Below are positions 60,719-64,000 of a DNA stretch of 64,000 nucleotides, piece by piece (within the stretch, counting starts at the first letter, position 1; each line of letters opens with the position of its first letter). This DNA is from Daphnia carinata. Its lineage: Eukaryota. A model generated the notes under the pieces. The model ran no database searches. It was not told where the DNA came from and saw only the letters and a program-made list of their open reading frames with translations. The position numbers and the translations under genes were made by a program. Where the stretch lies: NCBI RefSeq assembly GCF_022539665.2, contig NC_081333.1:5084001-5148000 (forward strand), written 5' to 3'.

Positions 60719-63506
60719 CAGCATAGTCAGCATCTGAGTAGATGGTCAGGCGATTCGACTCATTCGTACCTCTGTCACCTCTGTAGACAATTCCATAGTT
60801 ATAGGTTCCACGTAGATAAGCCATAATCCTTTTTACTGCATTCCAATGGGCTTTCTTCGGATTTTGACAAAATTGGGCAACCTGCCCCACAGCAAATGCT
60901 ATGTCAGGACGAGTGCATACCATAATAAACATCAAACTCCCCACTGCTTCTTGATATAACTGTTGATCGGCGCAAACCGTTTCACCATCATTGCCTTCCG
61001 ATGAGAGGATTGTGTAGGGATCGGCCGGTACGACTTTTGAGTCACAGTTTTCCATCTTGAAGTGTTTCAGGATTCTCTTGATGTAATGAGGCTGGCTAAG
61101 TTGGATTGTTTGTTGAATCCTGTTTTGTTTGATAGAGATGCCAACAAAGCAATCGACTTCTCCTGATGTGATTTCGAAGTGTTTGTTAAGTTGTCTGACT
61201 ACTTCATTCAGTAGAGCTCGGTGTGTACCGCAGAGCAGTCCATCATCAACCCAGAGTGTAAGGATCATTTCAGATTCACCTTGGCCTTGAAAATAGACGC
61301 AAGGATCCGCTGAACTCTTGATAAATCCAAAGGTTTTAAGAAATTGATCAAATTTTTCGTTCCATGAACGAGAGGCTTGTTTTAAACCATAAATACTCTT
61401 TAGCAAATGACAGACATCACTTGGCCTACTTGTGTCTCCGAAACCCTCGGGTTGCTCCATGTACAGTTCTTCCTTGAGGTCACCGTGAAGAAAAGCCGTC
61501 TTCACATCAAGTTGAAGGATTTCAAGATTTTTTGCTGCTGCAATAGAAATTACCATCCGAAGTGACTCATGGCGAACCACAGGAGCATAAGTCTCATTGT
61601 AGTCAATGCCCTTTTTCTGGGAGAAACCTTTGGCAACCAAGCGTGCCTTGAAACGTTGGATTTGTCCATCCGTAGAGTACTTTACTTTGTACACCCATTT
61701 GTTCTTGATTGGCTTCCTCTCTGGTGGTAGGCTGGTCATCCTCCAGGTGTTGTTGATTTTTAGTGAGTTGAGTTCTTCCTGCATTGCAATTTTCCATTGA
61801 TTTGCTTGAGGGCCGTTCATTGCTTCTTCGTACGTTTGTGGTTCATCAAGGACGTGTGGGACATGCTGATCAAAACTTAGAAAATTTGTATCTTCTATGA
61901 GTCTTTGTGGTTTTTTGATGATCCGTGTAGATTGATGTGTTCTAGTTTCGTTGTCTGGTGTATCAGTACTTTCAAAGCCATGAAAAGGTTCTTCGTGTTC
62001 ATTGGCATCTTCTGTTGTTTCAGCACTATCAAGAGTCTCCCCAGGCAGAGAGTTGAACTCGTCGGCACGTCCAGTGGACACTTGCAAATCCCCGCCCACT
62101 TCAAACTCAACTGGGGTGACTGGATCGCTAAAACTCTCAGTACCGCTTCTTTGTTTTGAACTCAATTGTTCGTCAAATCGTACATCTCGTCCGATCTTAA
62201 CTTTACGATTAACTGGATCCCACAAGCGAAAGCCTTTTTGCGTATCTGCATAACCAACAAAACAACACTTGAGACTCTTGGATTCAAACTTGGAACGTTC
62301 TTCTTTGGGCACATGTAAATATGCATCACATCCAAAAACTCTAAGATGGGAGAGATCCGGTTTGCTGTTGAACCAATGTTCATAAGGTGTCTTGTTAGGA
62401 GTAGCTTTAGATGGGACACGGTTGAGAACATAATTGGCGCAATTGACTGCTTCAGCCCACATTTTTCGTGGCAAATTACATGTCAGCAACATGCTTCTAG
62501 CAGATTCAACTATTGTCCGATTCTCTCTCTCCGAGACTCCGTTTTGTTCCGGTGTTCTTGCAATGCTGGTCTCATGCCGAATTCCATTTTCTTTAAGCCA
62601 GGTATCAAGCTCTTGACTCATATACTCTCCACCATTATCGGAGCGAAATGTCACGACAGGATAGCCAGTAAGAGTCTTCATTCGGGTATATGAAGCTTTT
62701 CTCCAACAATCTTCTTCACGATGGCCTGACTTGTGACCATTCTTTTTGCAGAAGCCACATGGCTTTCTTTGATCTCCATTTTCAGGCTTGTTGTAAGATT
62801 TGTTTCCCTTAAAACTTGATTTTTCCTTCTGGTTTCGCGAGAAAAGAGCTGAATCACTTTTGTCAGCCGTTCCGAGTTCTTGAAACTGATGAAGAGTATC
62901 TTCCGCTTGAAGTCTTGATGTTAATAATGCAACTGTTTTCTTGTTGCTTTCAACATTGTTCCATGCAGAATGAAAGTGCCTATAACTTGGTGGCAAAGTC
63001 ATGATAATCTTTCCAATTACTTGTTCTGGTGGCAATGAGATTCCAAGATCGCTTAAATCTGTTGCCATTGTTTCAATTGCAGTTATATGACTTGTAACGT
63101 TACCACCTTCTTCATATTCATATGCATAGAACTTCTGTAACAAGTAGTGCTTATTTTCTTCAGAATTTTGCTCGTGTTGAGATTTCAATCTGATCCACAT
63201 TTCACGAGCAGTTTTGCAATTAATCAGTGATCTTTGTGCCTGTTCTTCAATGGTGGAGACAATGAAGCAACGAGCTGAATTGTCCTTCTTGTTCCACAAC
63301 ATGATTTCTTTGTCTCGTGCAGCAATCAGAGCTGCATCACTGCCAGCAGGCAAAGGTGTTGGTTTTGTTGACTTACCAAGCACAATATCACACAACTCAT
63401 GTTGCTCTAGAATGAGGGTTATTTGAAACTTCCAAAATGAAAAATTTGTACCGTTAAATTTTGAAACATGAGACACATCATTTGAAGAAAACACTCCAGT
63501 TGCCAT
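60719..63506 (-). pseudogene. Copia gag-pol (gag, truncated integrase, RT, start of RNase H)
   Basis: FNGTNFSFWK, RSDNGGEY, TPEQNGVSER, KARLVAKGF, DVKTAFL, IYGLKQA, WVDD, YSDADYA. Confidence 0.95.
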
Positions 63507-63802
63507 TTTTCTGTGAATAATATTTCTTAGTAGCTCTGTAGGTTAATTGACAGTACTCAAATGGCACTGGGCCCATAACCTGTTGCAATATTAAATTGAA
63601 TACTATAATACTTCACTTTGCAACAACTGAGTTTTGTATTTCCACGTGATGCTCCCTTTAGGTCACTCACTCATCAAAAACAGTACAGCCACACATGCTT
63701 AAAGGAAAAGGGATAAAAAGAACACAGTAACATCACTCTAGGTGTTGCTAAACGGCAACCTTGAGGTTTGCATAAAACATCGCAATATTTCAATAGTTAA
63801 TA

Positions 63803-63937
63803 CACAGCCCCGTAGCTCGGGTAATGTTCTAATCATCATTTTGAATATTGCATTTAATTTCTTATGTGCTTGTTTCATAATTTAGCGATCGTACCGAGCC
63901 ATGTATGATTAAAATGCCGATGGTGACGACGATGTTT
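63803..63937 (+). pseudogene. Second, shorter copy of the Lasp-type intron plus SH3 exon start
   Basis: Aligns with 55715-55853 (intron ...ttgtttcataatt.ag, then SYRAMYD*NADGDDDV). Confidence 0.8.
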
Positions 63938-64000
63938 GGGACCGCATCTGAACGTCGTCAATTTATTAGGAGCCTGCACTAAGAAAATATCGAAAGGTAT

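Larger units (their letters stand above)
57023..63795 (-). mobile_element. Ty1/Copia element G
   Basis: LTRs 57023-57234 and 63581-63795, GTTAA TSD, copia-type PBS GGTTATGGGCCCAG, PPT GAGTGGGGA, gag-IN-RT-RH order. Confidence 0.96.

Overview
This is eukaryotic, transposon-saturated DNA, most likely from a water flea (Daphnia). That assignment is inferred from Daphnia-type Tyr-rich YYTTTYAAPSYYTEAPKY repeats and a cuticle-protein fragment. About 80% of the window is nested mobile elements whose ends can be resolved by eye. There are six Ty3/Gypsy elements: A (<1-11735), inserted into the integrase of B (11736-17985); C (22410-50879); D (28421-32221), which itself holds a solo LTR; Mag-type E (36635-41122); and young F (41782-48545). 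A DIRS tyrosine-recombinase element (23579-28334) sits inside the env of C. A Ty1/Copia element G (57023-63795) carries a CCC..GGG TIR transposon (57687-60718). Between the elements lie only disabled host-gene fragments (mib2, RR cuticle protein, Lasp-type SH3, Tyr-rich proteins, possibly SLC17). The most interesting system is the A/C Gypsy family, which looks like a complex endogenous retrovirus. It has a class III (rhabdovirus G / chuvirus G / herpes gB-like) envelope, a dual-coding region upstream of the capsid that is conserved in both copies, a separate TATA-associated ORF between pol and env, and a textbook -1 gag-pol frameshift signal. All family and domain calls come from motif recognition, not database searches.
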